Below, piece after piece: positions 61,462 through 64,000 of a stretch of DNA of 64,000 nucleotides. The stretch lies in assembly GCA_040954595.2 (NCBI GenBank), contig CM082581.2:10601099-10665098 (forward strand). The letters run 5' to 3'. A program made the position numbers and the translations under genes. The DNA is from Balanoglossus misakiensis (Eukaryota; Animalia; Hemichordata). Below the pieces are notes generated by a model that saw only the letters and a program-made list of their open reading frames with translations, was not told the origin of the DNA and did not search any database. Position 1 is the first letter of the stretch. Every line of letters begins with the position of its first letter.

Positions 61462-62864
61462 TGATCCAAAAGCCAGTGTCTGTCTGAGAACTCATGCATT
61501 ACTGTATAAGCCTCCTCCACATTGAATGCACACCCAAACATATATGTATATCAGTGACTTTTTAGTGAATTTTCCAAACACCTCCTATGTATTCAAATCT
61601 GCCAGTATTCAAAGCAGAGTATGCGAACTCACAGAGTAGTACCACACCTGAAGATGCAGAAGAAGAAGAAAGTCTAGCCATGGACCAATATTGCTTGTGT
61701 ATCTACAAAACCCATGGGACACTGTACTCAATAATTGCAATTCTGTGGTACTTCAATTTCTATCAAAACTTCTCATTTTAATTAGCGATGAAAATTCTTA
61801 TCTCATGAAATGAAATATTTCCTAATTTGCTTTATTTTCATTTGTATGACATTAAAATAACGACAGACATACTTTACAAACACTTTTAGTACCAAAGAGT
61901 TCCTCACATCTCTGTGTGCATATTATAAAACATTTATACTGTCTGTTACAATATGAACTGAACTTTGCAGGCGGTGTAATTGTTGAGAAGTTTACCTGCC
62001 ATATATATGGCATCAGTATCCTACGCTACCATAAGTGTTTACATCTTACTGGCAATAAGAAAATCATCACCCCTATGATTGGTGCATAGTTCTCATAAAA
62101 CTTGTGTGTGAACATTTACTTGAAGGACAAAATAATTTGTTCTGGGAATACATAGCCAAGAGAAGTCTTGGGCAGCTGTCAAAGTATCAGAACAGCTTAA
62201 CTAACTGGTCATTTTCCACCCCATGCCCAAATCATACTTTTTATATAACCAACCACATGGAGTACAGAATCAGTTGGCTGTCCCTTGTACAACAAACATA
62301 CAGAAACTGCATTGCAATGTAGTTATACAATTATGCCATTATTTATAACTGTCCATATTCTCAGTGCCTGGTTATGTGGCGTGTTGCTTGTATCCAACAT
62401 ACTATGTGAAGCCACTCAACCAACCTAAAGATGTATGCAAGGAATTGACAGAAACTAGGGGAAAAATCAGCAGTGTGCATGTAATGTAAAACACTCAAAT
62501 CACCATGATGTTAGTATTACTAAACAATGTGACCCGTGAGACTGCAAAGTATGGCCTGTCTTACTGAATTGTTTGATTTCATTCACTTCAGAAGAACTTT
62601 TCATATTTTCATCTCCATATTTTGTATTCTGACCTGAAGGTCGGAGGGAGAGGTGAACACCAGTTGTACTGTAAGCGTTGTATGCATTTCTGTAAATGCA
62701 ACAGTGCCAAGATAAATTTTGTATTAAACAATAACTCCAGTCATTGGATGAAAAAGTTGTGTGCTTTTCGTTTGTTTTATTATTATGGTAATGCGAGTAT
62801 TTGGGCAGCCAACACAAAGGCCTGTGGGCTACAATTATTGCATGAAGATGCAGATTTAAGCATT

Positions 62865-64000
62865 TCAACTCCACTCAAACAAAACATCAAGATTTTCTCT
62901 CTTGATCATCCGTTTGATCTTGTCACTGTCTTTCCGGCTAATTTCCCGGCATTGCAGCACTGAAATCTCCCGGATAACGTTCTCGTGGTCACGCAGCAAT
63001 GTATAGATCGGCTCGCGTGAGAGCTCGTCACAACCGTACACCTTCATTTTTCTGAGACTTAAAAATCTGTTCGAATCGAACACATCAAGAAGCACAGAAT
63101 CATTGAAGCTTTGGACGTGGATGATGTCAATTGTCTGAAGTTTGAGACTGTTCCTCAGGAGGAACGACAATGTGTCTGCTGAGATGTCCTCTTCCTTGGC
63201 ATAGAGGACCAACTGGCTGAGCTTACTGAAGGGTTTGCAGGTTGGACTCTCGGCTTGCCGTTGGAAAGGAGACGCCTCCTGGAAATGGGCATCGTCTAGT
63301 GGTCTGACGTCGATCGTCAGCTCCAGCAGATCTGGACAGAAGTAGCCCACGGCATAGACATCAATATCATTGATATCCTGCAGATTCAACTTCTTCAGGT
63401 TGCGACCGACTTGCGTGAGAATCGGCAGAACGTTGTCTTCGAACAGAACGTTCTCATGGTGGCCACTAAGGGTGAAGTCTTGTAGATTGGCCAGGGATGT
63501 GACGTGTTGAAGTCCACTGTAGGTGAAACCGCCAGGCCCTGCCAGTACAAACTTGGACACCTCTAGGCAGTTAATGCAGGCCAGGTATATACTGTGATCT
63601 GTGACTTTGGGAAACGAGCTATCGGCGACCAATGATCGCAACTGGCACCTGGTATCAGTCGATGACAACCCTACGCTGCAGCCCTCGCTGCTCTGGCCTT
63701 CTTGTAGAAACCCTTCCTCAAACACGGAGAAGATATTGATCCAGTTGAGGTGCTTGATGTTGGGCATGTGGTTGATGATGGCAACCACTGCGTCAGTAGA
63801 AACCAATGTGTTGAAGATGTCCAGCCAGAGTAATCCCCGACACCCTCGTCCCTGCTGCGACTCCCTACACATGTAGAATACGACATCATCCTCCACTCGG
63901 ACACCATGAAGGTTGAGTTCTTTCAGCTTGGTGCATTTATCCACAATCGTTCTCAGTGCGTCTCCGTAGCATTTGGTTGAAGCAAAGTTCAGACTGGTGG
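62865..64000 (-). CDS. RNI/AMN1-type leucine-rich-repeat protein (probable F-box/LRR), 3' part
   Basis: The frame stays open to the window edge. Cys-containing LRRs such as CTKLKELNL, MPNIKHLN, CPDLLELTI, LRKMKVYGCDELS and IREISVLQCREIS. The F-box itself is not in the window. Confidence 0.7.
   Translation of the reverse strand, partial: TSLNFASTKCYGDALRTIVDKCTKLKELNLHGVRVEDDVVFYMCRESQQGRGCRGLLWLDIFNTLVSTDAVVAIINHMPNIKHLNWINIFSVFEEGFLQEGQSSEGCSVGLSSTDTRCQLRSLVADSSFPKVTDHSIYLACINCLEVSKFVLAGPGGFTYSGLQHVTSLANLQDFTLSGHHENVLFEDNVLPILTQVGRNLKKLNLQDINDIDVYAVGYFCPDLLELTIDVRPLDDAHFQEASPFQRQAESPTCKPFSKLSQLVLYAKEEDISADTLSFLLRNSLKLQTIDIIHVQSFNDSVLLDVFDSNRFLSLRKMKVYGCDELSREPIYTLLRDHENVIREISVLQCREISRKDSDKIKRMIKRENLDVLFEWS

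Overview
Gene-dense, intron-rich, AT-rich window from an animal genome, most plausibly a marine invertebrate bilaterian (the exact taxon cannot be determined from the sequence alone). Twelve protein-coding loci were assembled by hand from GT-AG boundaries and recalled homology: HECTD2 3' part (+), ERI1 (-), an intronless TLR-like LRR receptor lacking TIR (-), an ankyrin-rich TRPC-type channel (+), a kinase-less three-finger/mucin type-I membrane protein (-), RRP12 (+), an orphan secreted acidic protein (-), ENO4 (-), ANKRD53 (+), TEX261 (-), neuralized (+) and the 3' part of an RNI-type LRR protein (-). Several non-autonomous DNA transposon (MITE) families are visible. The most striking observation is a 204-bp hairpin MITE carrying head-to-head TTAGGG telomeric arrays, with a clean 8-bp target-site duplication, inserted in the apparent first coding exon of ERI1. 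Removing it in silico restores an ORF encoding an unexpected N-terminal membrane anchor on the RNAi/histone-mRNA exonuclease. Other highlights are a U12-type intron in HECTD2, an ITIM-like tail on the three-finger receptor, ancient ANKRD53-TEX261 microsynteny, and frequent TACATGTA motifs that resemble Tc1/mariner excision footprints. Homology calls come from recalled sequences, not from database searches.
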